This document shows, one piece after another, positions 25,254 to 33,158 of a stretch of DNA of 51,295 bases. Source of the stretch: Candidatus Sumerlaeia bacterium (GTDB lineage: Bacteria; Sumerlaeota; Sumerlaeia; JABWBI01); NCBI GenBank assembly GCA_013360565.1, contig JABWBI010000002.1, positions 1 through 51,295 of the forward strand. The letters run 5' to 3'. How positions within the stretch are numbered: the first letter of the stretch is position 1; every line of letters starts with the position of its first letter. Both the position numbers and the translations under genes were made by a program. The notes below the pieces were generated by a model, which saw only the letters and a program-made list of their open reading frames with translations, did not search any database and was not told where the DNA came from.

Positions 25254-27449
25254 TCAGTTCCGAGGCTCGGCAACGGCCATGACCTCGAATCCGACATCAT
25301 CAAAGAGGACGCGGCCACTCGTCTTGCTCGCCTCGCGGCTCTGGGCCAAGTAGATGCGGTCGAGCGTGAAGGGCGCTTCGGCCCGGGCCTCCGGATTGTC
25401 CCAGTGGGCACGCAGATTCGTCAGATCGGCCTCCACCCACCGCCACTCGCCGCTCCAGTGAATGCCGCGGGTGCCATTCGTGAAATCGACGACAAAGAGC
25501 TCGTGATCCCGGTCGGAGACGATGCCGCGGAGCCATGCGGCTCCACCGTCGCCGCGGACCTGCAGCCCCACACGCCGCGCCTCGGAAGACAGCGGAACGC
25601 CGAGCGTGATGTGAGCCGTGCTGGTCCCTCCGGGGGACATCGCGTAGTCAATGGCCAGCGCTCGCTCACCGGCGAACGCCTCATCGGTCCAAGAGAGCGC
25701 CGTCCGGCCCGTGTCGAAGTTGACCAGCTCGAGCGAGGGGAGTTCCGCGCGCGCCTCGAGCCCGTCGGCGACGCGTCGCTCGAGGTGCCCCACCACGAGG
25801 GGAAAGGAGGTCAGCGGGGCCAGACTCTCATCGCCCACCCGGAGTATCTCAAGCAGTCCGCGCCCCTCACGGAGCCCGGTGAGTGTCAGCCGGTCGCGCT
25901 CGTCTCGCCCGATGGCCGCGAGGTCCTCGGGCGAAGCCGCCAGCGCGACGTCGTGCCGGGGGATGGCGATGCGACGCCCATCGGAGGCGAAAGCTCGCGG
26001 GTGAAGTGTCACGCGCTCCCCAGCGGCCACTTCGAGCGGCGCGGGCAACAACGTCCAGCGCGCAATGGCGGCGCGCTCCGACCTGGTGTCCACGGCCGGA
26101 GCGTCGGCCATCGCTGGCAAGGGATTCCAGCCTTCATCAAAGAACCGAATGGGAAAGCGACCGTCCAGTTCTTCGGGGAGGAGCACCCCCTCGGGGCCTC
26201 CGAGAACATGGACGGCAGCGTCAGTTCGGACGCTGCTCAGGATGACCAGTCCATTGGTCACTGGCCGTTCGCCATTCGCGTCGCTGGGGGAGCTCTCCGT
26301 CGCTCCCCTCACCCAGAGGGACGACGAGCCCCCTCCGTCGAAGTTCATGGCGTCGACGGCCCCGTGTGCCAGCATCCACTCCGCACACTCGATCAAGTCC
26401 ATTCCGCGGCTCACATCCTGCTGCCGGCCATCGACCACCATGAGAATCAGGCTGTGCCGACCAGGGCCGAGCCCGATGACGGACCGCGGGTGACGATCGG
26501 TGATGAAGGCGGGGCGGAATCCCTGTTCGCCCTCAGCGCTCACCTGGACCTCGCCGCTGCTCAGCAGAATGGGCCCACCCCCCAGAGCCCACTCGACAGG
26601 ACCATCGAACCCGGTGCATTCGAGGACGATCTCGACCGAGCCTTCGCGGCCCATCGCTTCGACCTCGGCCCGCCGGTCCCCGTAGCCGACGAGCGCAAGG
26701 GTCCTCTCCGGCCATCCCTCCGTGAATTCCCCGGAGGCGATCTCCGTGAGCCAGCCGCTCATGGGCTCGTGGATGCGCACGGCGTCCACGCCGCGAATGG
26801 CGACGGCCGCGAAAGCGCTCGCGTCCGCCGACGCGAGCCGCGCCGGTGGGAACGGGGGGAAGTCCTCGTTCAGCGAGTGCGCCGTGTAGAGAACCACACC
26901 GCCGCCTCCGCTCATCGCCTGAGGAGCCCCGAGATTGACGTCGTCGATTTCCGCACTGGCGCCGGCCGCGTGGATTTCGAAGCGGAAGTTCATCCGGCCC
27001 ATCTGGAGCTGTCCATCGGTGGTCCGCACAATTGCCGGACGCCCGTTTCCCAAGGTCAGCACCTCGCCCCCGATGACGCAGAGACCCACGGGGCGGCCAT
27101 TCTCCCCCCAGAAGTCGGCGTTGATCGCCGCGATGGGGCGGTGCTCTCCGCTGACACAGGCCGGGGCCATGGTACTCAGCAGCTCATTGCCCTCGGCCCT
27201 CTCGCCGGCCTTGACGGCCGTCAGCGCCAGCCCCCTCGCCTCGAGATCGGCCGTCACCCAGTTGATGAAGAGCGGCTCATCCCAGGCATAGAGCTGGTGA
27301 TGCTCGATGCCCAACCCGACGGGCCGCGAGCGATCGAGGTTCTCCTCGAGACCGATGGGGAGCGACTCATCGAGGAAAAGCCCATCCGTCCAGGCGGCCG
27401 ACAGACTGGCTGCGGCACCGAGTGCCCCGGCGGCGATCCAATGTCTCAT
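25254..27449 (-). CDS. Secreted phosphodiester glycosidase (NAGPA/DUF2233) domain protein with a ~400-aa uncharacterised C-terminal region
   Basis: Signal peptide MRHWIAAGALGAAASLSAA. AINADFWGENGRPVGLCVIGGEV and AMNFDGGGSSSLWVRG are the family signatures. ATG 27449 overlaps the PBP4 stop by 1 nt (TGATG). GTG 27452 is an alternative start. The + ORF 25155..27536 is antisense. Confidence 0.8.
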   Translation of the reverse strand: MRHWIAAGALGAAASLSAAWTDGLFLDESLPIGLEENLDRSRPVGLGIEHHQLYAWDEPLFINWVTADLEARGLALTAVKAGERAEGNELLSTMAPACVSGEHRPIAAINADFWGENGRPVGLCVIGGEVLTLGNGRPAIVRTTDGQLQMGRMNFRFEIHAAGASAEIDDVNLGAPQAMSGGGGVVLYTAHSLNEDFPPFPPARLASADASAFAAVAIRGVDAVRIHEPMSGWLTEIASGEFTEGWPERTLALVGYGDRRAEVEAMGREGSVEIVLECTGFDGPVEWALGGGPILLSSGEVQVSAEGEQGFRPAFITDRHPRSVIGLGPGRHSLILMVVDGRQQDVSRGMDLIECAEWMLAHGAVDAMNFDGGGSSSLWVRGATESSPSDANGERPVTNGLVILSSVRTDAAVHVLGGPEGVLLPEELDGRFPIRFFDEGWNPLPAMADAPAVDTRSERAAIARWTLLPAPLEVAAGERVTLHPRAFASDGRRIAIPRHDVALAASPEDLAAIGRDERDRLTLTGLREGRGLLEILRVGDESLAPLTSFPLVVGHLERRVADGLEARAELPSLELVNFDTGRTALSWTDEAFAGERALAIDYAMSPGGTSTAHITLGVPLSSEARRVGLQVRGDGGAAWLRGIVSDRDHELFVVDFTNGTRGIHWSGEWRWVEADLTNLRAHWDNPEARAEAPFTLDRIYLAQSREASKTSGRVLFDDVGFEVMAVAEPRN

Positions 27450-29002
27450 CACTCCGCCTCGACCGAGACCGCTGCGCCGGAGACATTCGGCCCCCTCCGG
27501 TCGAAAGAGGCCAGCATCACAACGACGTCATCCTGAATACTCTCGGCCGAGCGGGTCGGCAGAATGTAGCCGTTGACGATGAAGGAGAACACCAGCTGCT
27601 CGCCGTCCGCCGTCGACACGTATCCCGACAGTGCCCGGACGTTCGAGATCGTCCCTGTCTTCGCGCGGCAATTGCCCTGGGCAGGGGTGCCGGTCATTCG
27701 GCGCGCGATCGTCCCGTCGACACCTGCGATGGGGAACGAGTTGATCCACGGCTCCCACACCGGGGTGCGGCGCATCCCCCGGAGGATGTCCACGATCTGA
27801 CGCGGGCTCAGGTAGTTGTAGCGCGAGAGGCCGGAGCCGTCCATGAAGGCATACGTGCCGGGCCCGACCCCCAGGTCGGCGAGCACCCGCTCGACCTCCG
27901 TCCGGCCGGCTTCGAACGAGCCGAGTCCCGTCGCCAGCCAGCCCATCGTGCGGACCATCGTCTCCGCGTACATGTTCTGGCTCCGCTTCATCAGCACCGC
28001 GATGATCTCGGCGAGCGGGGGGGACTCATGGTGACAGAGGACCGGAAAATCGCGCGCGGAGTGCTCCCACCCCGCGATGGCATCGCAGTCCCTCGCCTCG
28101 CCGTCGATGGCGATGCCCTCCTCGCGGAGAACTTCGGCCAGAACAGTCACGTAGAACAGGGTCGGATTGGTGATCGAGGCGGTGCGCACGAAGGGCCGGC
28201 TCCCCGCCACCGCCGTGCCGGTCACCGTGATCGTGTTCGAGCCCTGGGGGCGCCGGAATGAGGCGCTGTTGACTCCGGCCGGTACGACCTCGAGGTCGTT
28301 GACGATCTGGTAAAAGGCACTGGGGACGTTTCCCTCGATCACCGCCTCGCCGCCCATGCTCGCCGGGGGCGTGATCGTGAAGTCGACGTAGTTCTCGTTG
28401 AACTGAAGCGGCCCAACCTCCGCGGAATACCAGGAGGAGAGACCGTCATGTGCCCAGCCGTAGCCCAGGTGCTCGTCGTCGAAGGTGTTGTCGTCGCCGA
28501 TGACATCGCCCGCGATGCGCGTGATCCCCATCTCCTTGAGCTCTCCGGCCCACCGCCGGAAGACATCGCGGGGATCCTCCAGGAAGCGCGTGTACAGCGT
28601 CGGGTCGCCATTGCCGAAGACGACCAGATTCCCCTGCAGCGTCTCTCCGCGGATCTCCCCGTCCCGGCAGACATAGGTGTCGAACCGGAAGTCAGGCCCC
28701 AGGGAGAGCAGCGCCGCGGCCGTCGTCGGGATCTTCTCGTTCGAAGCCGGCATGAACAGCCGGTTGGCGTTCTGCTCGTACCACACGCGCCCAGTGTCGA
28801 GGGACTGGATCAGGACCCCCCAGTGTGCGTGGGCGAAGTCGGGGTCGGCGAACCGCGCGGCGACTTCCCGGGCCAGTGACGCGACGGGATCGCTGGGCGA
28901 CGCCGGCTCCGGCGCGGCGTAGTGCGTCTGGGAGGTGTTCAGCGAATGAACGCAGCCGAGGCTGGTGAGGACGAGGAGTGACAGCGCAGTGAGGCGGCGC
29001 AT
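27449..29002 (-). CDS. dacB: D-alanyl-D-alanine carboxypeptidase/endopeptidase, PBP4 family (peptidase S13), lipoprotein-type signal (paralog 1)
   Basis: SxxK in PASNEKIPTTAAAL, SxN in DGSGLSRYN, KTG in AKTGTISNVRALSGY. The N-terminus is MRRLTALSLLVLTSLGC. Confidence 0.87.
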   Translation of the reverse strand: MRRLTALSLLVLTSLGCVHSLNTSQTHYAAPEPASPSDPVASLAREVAARFADPDFAHAHWGVLIQSLDTGRVWYEQNANRLFMPASNEKIPTTAAALLSLGPDFRFDTYVCRDGEIRGETLQGNLVVFGNGDPTLYTRFLEDPRDVFRRWAGELKEMGITRIAGDVIGDDNTFDDEHLGYGWAHDGLSSWYSAEVGPLQFNENYVDFTITPPASMGGEAVIEGNVPSAFYQIVNDLEVVPAGVNSASFRRPQGSNTITVTGTAVAGSRPFVRTASITNPTLFYVTVLAEVLREEGIAIDGEARDCDAIAGWEHSARDFPVLCHHESPPLAEIIAVLMKRSQNMYAETMVRTMGWLATGLGSFEAGRTEVERVLADLGVGPGTYAFMDGSGLSRYNYLSPRQIVDILRGMRRTPVWEPWINSFPIAGVDGTIARRMTGTPAQGNCRAKTGTISNVRALSGYVSTADGEQLVFSFIVNGYILPTRSAESIQDDVVVMLASFDRRGPNVSGAAVSVEAE

Positions 29003-29155
29003 GGGTGCGAATCGACTCCAGGGGCGATCTTCGGCGCCCCTCCGGCGGGCGCGCGGGGACCAAGGAGATACGGGAAAGCAAGCTCACTTGCCAAGTCCCA
29101 TCTCATGCACGGCTTCGGGCTTCACTTTCGCACGGACACCCCCGATAATGGGGGG

Positions 29156-30646
29156 ATGAATCCGGGCGACATCCGCACCTCGGCGTACCAGGGGGTCAAG
29201 TGGGCGGCGGTCGCATCCTACTCCACGCGGCTGGTCCGGCTCGCCGTGCTCTTCGTGATGATGGGCCTCCTCGGCCCCGAGGAGTTCGGCCTCCTGGGCA
29301 TCGCCTCCATCGTGCTGGCCATCACCTCGAACTTCTCGGAACTCGGCGTCGGCCAAGCGCTGATCTGGCACCGCGGAAAGCACAGCGACCGCGACCCGGC
29401 GCTGGCCATGGACACCGGCCTGATACTCGTCATGGCACTCAATCTGACGGTCATCGCTCTCATGATGGCCGGCGCGCCGCTGATCTCCGCCTTCTTTCAG
29501 GAGCCCCGCGCAACTCCGGTCACGCGCGTGCTGCTGATCGGTCTTTTTCTCTCCACGCTGACCATCGTGCCGCGGTCGATGCTGGAGCGAAACCTGCAGT
29601 TCAAGGCCGCCGTCTGGCCCGAAGTCCTCCCGGGCATCGTCTCCGGCTTGGTCTCTATCCCCCTGGCCATCGTCTGGCGAAGCGTCTGGGCCCTCGTCGC
29701 GGGTCAGATGGTCTCCTATGCCCTGCGCCTCGCGCTGTATTGGTGGACCGCCCGCTGGCGTCCCCGGCTCAGATTCGACCGCGAGACCTGCCGCGAGATG
29801 CTCGGCTTCGGCCTGTCGGTTCTGGGGGCGTCGCTGATCGCCACCGTCGGTGGCATCTTCCCCCCGGCGGTGATCGGGCGCGAGGTCGGCACCGAGGCGC
29901 TGGGTGTCTTCAACAACGCCGAGAAGATATCGGCCTTCCCCTTCTTCGCGATCATCTATGTGGTTGGTCGCGTGATGTTCCCGGTCTACAGCCGGCTCCG
30001 CGAGGACAGCGGGAGCCTGCGAACGGCGGTCGCCGAGGCCATCAAGCTGATCGCCGTCGCCTCCGTCCCGCTGTGCATCGGTGGTGCCGTGATCTTCCCC
30101 GCCCTCGAACTCCAGCTCTTCGACGGTAAGTGGCACGAGATGTACGTTCCCCTGCTGATCTTGATGCTGTACGTGCTCCAGAGGTCCGTCGGTTCGGTGA
30201 CGGGAGACGTCCTCAAGGCCGTCGGACGTCCGAACCTCATTCAGCTGCTGACATTGCTCCGCGTAGGGGTGACCATCCCTGCCGTGCTGGCCGGTGTCTG
30301 GCTGGCGGGCCTCAACGGGGCTGCGCTCGGAATGCTTCTGGCCGGCACCGTGTCGCTCGTGGCGGAGCTCCGCATCCAACGCCGGTTCGTGAACCTCGGA
30401 GTGGCGGCGGTCGCTGACGCTGTCAAGGTGCCGGTCGCCGCGGGATGTCTCTCGGCAGCGGTGGCGGCGGCGTTCACCTCCCCCTGGCTCTTCGGGCCGA
30501 CGCCGGCCGGCCTGATCGGCGGGGTCGCCTCGGGCGCCTTGGTCTATCTGTGGGCCCTCGCGCACTTCGAGCGCTCCCTGCTGCGCGATGTCCATGCCTC
30601 GATCTTCGGAAAGCGGGCGACAGCGGCCGCCGTCCTCACACCCTGA
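29156..30646 (+). CDS. Polysaccharide/oligosaccharide flippase (MOP superfamily, Wzx-like)
   Basis: About 12-14 TM helices with the polysacc_synt-type N-terminus (YQGVKWAAVASYSTRLVRLAVLFVMMGLLGPEEFGLLGIA). The start was moved to ATG 29156. The minus ORF 29084..30703 is antisense. Confidence 0.8.
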   Translation: MNPGDIRTSAYQGVKWAAVASYSTRLVRLAVLFVMMGLLGPEEFGLLGIASIVLAITSNFSELGVGQALIWHRGKHSDRDPALAMDTGLILVMALNLTVIALMMAGAPLISAFFQEPRATPVTRVLLIGLFLSTLTIVPRSMLERNLQFKAAVWPEVLPGIVSGLVSIPLAIVWRSVWALVAGQMVSYALRLALYWWTARWRPRLRFDRETCREMLGFGLSVLGASLIATVGGIFPPAVIGREVGTEALGVFNNAEKISAFPFFAIIYVVGRVMFPVYSRLREDSGSLRTAVAEAIKLIAVASVPLCIGGAVIFPALELQLFDGKWHEMYVPLLILMLYVLQRSVGSVTGDVLKAVGRPNLIQLLTLLRVGVTIPAVLAGVWLAGLNGAALGMLLAGTVSLVAELRIQRRFVNLGVAAVADAVKVPVAAGCLSAAVAAAFTSPWLFGPTPAGLIGGVASGALVYLWALAHFERSLLRDVHASIFGKRATAAAVLTP

Positions 30647-30668
30647 CTCCCGGGAGGGAATCTCCACA

Positions 30669-32039
30669 ATGGCGCCTGGCGCGTGGTTTGTCCGCCACAT
30701 CACCTATCCCATCCTCTTCCCGCTTCTGCGCGGAGTGCGCGGCCGGGACGCTCTCGAGATGTACGCGCACTACCTGGAGAGCGAGCGCTGGCCCATCGAG
30801 CGCCACCGCGAAGTCCAGTGGAGCGCCATCCAGCGTCTCCTCGCGCACGCGCACGAGAACTGCCCCTTCCACCGCGCCCGGATGATCTCGATCGGCGCCG
30901 AGCCGGGCGACTTCAAGTCGCTCGAGGATTACGCCAGATTGCCTGTGCTGACCCGGGAGGACGTGCAGCGGAACCTGCCGGACCTCATCTCGAGGACCGC
31001 CAAGCGGGGGGCCTGGGAGCTGAACTCCACATCCGGATCGACAGGGACACCGCTGAGCTTCGGCGTCGATCATCAGCGGTACATGCGAGTGCGCGCCGTC
31101 CTGCACCGCAACCAAGGCTGGATGGGGCTCAGGCTCGGCGAGCGCCACGCCCTTCTCTGGGCCGCCTTTGCCGAAACGCGCACGGCCAAGTCGCGGCTCC
31201 ACCGCTTCGCTCACTGGGCGATGAATCAGCAGCTCCACTCGGCTTGGGAGCTCGGCGACGAGGATCTGCGCAGCGTCAACGACCAGATGCGCCGGTGGGG
31301 CGCAAAGGTGCTGACCTCGTTCAGCTCGACGCTCGTCACCTATGCCCGCGCCATCGAGCGGCTGCGGCTCCAGACCCCGCGGTTTCTCGGCATCATCTCC
31401 ACGGGAGAGACGCTGTTCCCCCAGCAGCGAGATCTCATCGAGGCCGCCTTCGGCTGCAGAGTGTTCAACCGCTACGGCGACATGGAACTCGGCGACATCG
31501 CCCATGAGTGCGAAGCTCACGACGGCATGCATCTCAACGAGGAACGGATCTACACCGAGATCGTGCCTGACCCCACTCTGCGAGACGGCACCGGGGACGT
31601 TGTGTGCACCGATCTGGACAACTGGTCGATGCCCTTCCTCCGCTATCGCACCGGCGACATGGCGCGCTGGCACGAGCGCCCCAGCGACTGCGCCTGCGGC
31701 CGGCCGCTGCGCCGGTTCGCCGAGGTCCAGGGCCGGCGCTACGACATCGTCGTCGACAGGGACGGCACACCGATCAACGGCCTTGTCCTCGAGGACATCG
31801 GCTCAGGCGCCGAGGGAGTCGCCTCCTTCCAGTGTGTCCAGCGTGCTCCTGATCGCCTCCTGTTCCGGGTCATCCCGCTGCCGGGATTCGACCGGGACAC
31901 GATCCACCACAATCTCCTCGAGCGCTCCAGGCGCTCCATCGGCCCCGAGCGCTTCCAGATCGACCTCGAACTCGTCGACGAGATCGCCCCGACGAAGAGC
32001 GGGAAGCTGAGACAGATCGTGGTGGAGATGGACGGGTGA
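30669..32039 (+). CDS. Phenylacetate-CoA ligase / coenzyme F390 synthetase-like adenylate-forming enzyme (CapK family)
   Basis: LPVLTREDV, the AMP-binding core STSGSTGTPLSF, YRTGDMA, and the C-terminal KSGKLRQI Lys. The start was moved to ATG 30669 (MAPGAWFVRH). Confidence 0.8.
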   Translation: MAPGAWFVRHITYPILFPLLRGVRGRDALEMYAHYLESERWPIERHREVQWSAIQRLLAHAHENCPFHRARMISIGAEPGDFKSLEDYARLPVLTREDVQRNLPDLISRTAKRGAWELNSTSGSTGTPLSFGVDHQRYMRVRAVLHRNQGWMGLRLGERHALLWAAFAETRTAKSRLHRFAHWAMNQQLHSAWELGDEDLRSVNDQMRRWGAKVLTSFSSTLVTYARAIERLRLQTPRFLGIISTGETLFPQQRDLIEAAFGCRVFNRYGDMELGDIAHECEAHDGMHLNEERIYTEIVPDPTLRDGTGDVVCTDLDNWSMPFLRYRTGDMARWHERPSDCACGRPLRRFAEVQGRRYDIVVDRDGTPINGLVLEDIGSGAEGVASFQCVQRAPDRLLFRVIPLPGFDRDTIHHNLLERSRRSIGPERFQIDLELVDEIAPTKSGKLRQIVVEMDG

Positions 32040-32096
32040 CGTGGCCTCTCCCTCCGGAGATGAGGACCGTATCCATCTCACCGTGGCGGACTCGTC

Positions 32097-32996
32097 TCAT
32101 TCGACGGGTGACCGGGCGAATGCCTCCGGATGGATCACTCTCGCCAGGAGTTCGATCTGCTCCGGCAGCCGGGGGCCAGGAATGGTGAGACGCGGGTCCG
32201 TCAGCAGGCGGACGCGCCCGTTGACGACGGCATCGACGCCGGGCAGCTCGCGGCGGTACAGCGCCAGCTCCGCCGCGATCTGCTCGGGCGTGGGACTCGC
32301 ATTCTCCAGGCAAGTGTCGATGATGACCTCGGGGTCGGACCCGAGAATGATCTCCCGGCTGATCTCCGGATAGGCTCCGAGTGCATTCTCCAACACATTG
32401 ACCGCCCCGGCGCGCTCTGCGAGCTCGCTGACGAACGACGTGGGCCCCGCCGCATAGAGACTCTGGAACGTCCCGGGCTCCCGCCCGATCAGCACAAGCG
32501 TCCGGCGCGGGGGGATCCCCTCCAGACTTGCGGCCAGGGAAGTCATTCTCGCGTCCATGGCGCCGACGAGAGCCTCGCCGCTCGCCAGAGCCCCTGACTG
32601 GCCCGCGATGGCGAGGATGCCATCGCGCACCTGGGCAATCGAGTCCGACTGGACTTGCAGCACGGGAATCCCAGCCGCCGTCAGAGGCGCGTAGAGATCA
32701 TGGGCGCTCGTGATGCAGATGGCGAGGTCCGGATCGAGGGCGAAGACCCGCTCCCAGTCGACGTTGAGCAACCCCCCGATCGACGGAAGGTTCCGCGCCT
32801 CAGCCGGCCAGGCGCAGAAGTCGGTGCGGCCGATCACGCGTTCCCCGAGTCCAAGAGCGAAGAGGGTCTCGGTGACATGTGGCGCCAGCGACAGAATGCG
32901 ATGTGGCGGCGGCCCGGAGGGCACCGGCGCCGCTGCGGCCGGGAGGACCGCTGTGGAGAGAAGGAGAGTGAGAAGCGATTTCATCGACCGTGTCAT
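32097..32996 (-). CDS. Periplasmic substrate-binding protein of the BtuF/FecB class (ABC-type cobalamin or iron-chelate binding)
   Basis: The start is ATG 32996 (MTRSMKSLLTLLLSTAVLPAAAA, a signal peptide). RILSLAPHVTETLFALGLGERVIGRTDFC and PDLAICI are typical of PF01497-type proteins. The remaining 2.2 kb of track ORF 32097..35189 is antisense to the Hsp70 gene. Confidence 0.8.
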   Translation of the reverse strand: MTRSMKSLLTLLLSTAVLPAAAAPVPSGPPPHRILSLAPHVTETLFALGLGERVIGRTDFCAWPAEARNLPSIGGLLNVDWERVFALDPDLAICITSAHDLYAPLTAAGIPVLQVQSDSIAQVRDGILAIAGQSGALASGEALVGAMDARMTSLAASLEGIPPRRTLVLIGREPGTFQSLYAAGPTSFVSELAERAGAVNVLENALGAYPEISREIILGSDPEVIIDTCLENASPTPEQIAAELALYRRELPGVDAVVNGRVRLLTDPRLTIPGPRLPEQIELLARVIHPEAFARSPVE

Positions 32997-33158
32997 GGTC
33001 TCACCCCTGTCCAGCGGGGGCAAGTGCGGGGTGCCCCGCCCGCGAATCGGGGGGTCAACTTCCCCCAGGCCGGGTCCGATAAGAGACCAGACGCTTCGCC
33101 CCGGCCAGGGGGCAAGCGGGCTCTTTTCAGCGACGCGAGGAGAAAACCAGGGGCTCCC

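Noticed and set aside
25155-27536. A 793-aa + strand ORF opposite the phosphodiester glycosidase gene. Similar long antisense ORFs occur at 22588..24147, 29084..30703, 39865..41109, 42240..43460, 44090..45154, 45958..46953, 35202..36212, 7888..9321 and 49990..51171.
   Set aside because: In every case the opposite strand carries diagnostic family motifs, signal peptides and sensible operon junctions. These ORFs have none.
32997-33158. A possible cobalamin riboswitch upstream of the BtuF-like gene. I made the same check at 48667..48821, upstream of the B12::MeaB gene.
   Set aside because: I found no B12-box-like element (consensus around AGYCMGGAGACCKGCC) and no GGTG/GCCACTG core on the relevant strands. 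The regions are also short for a full riboswitch. A covariance-model scan (Rfam RF00174) would settle it.
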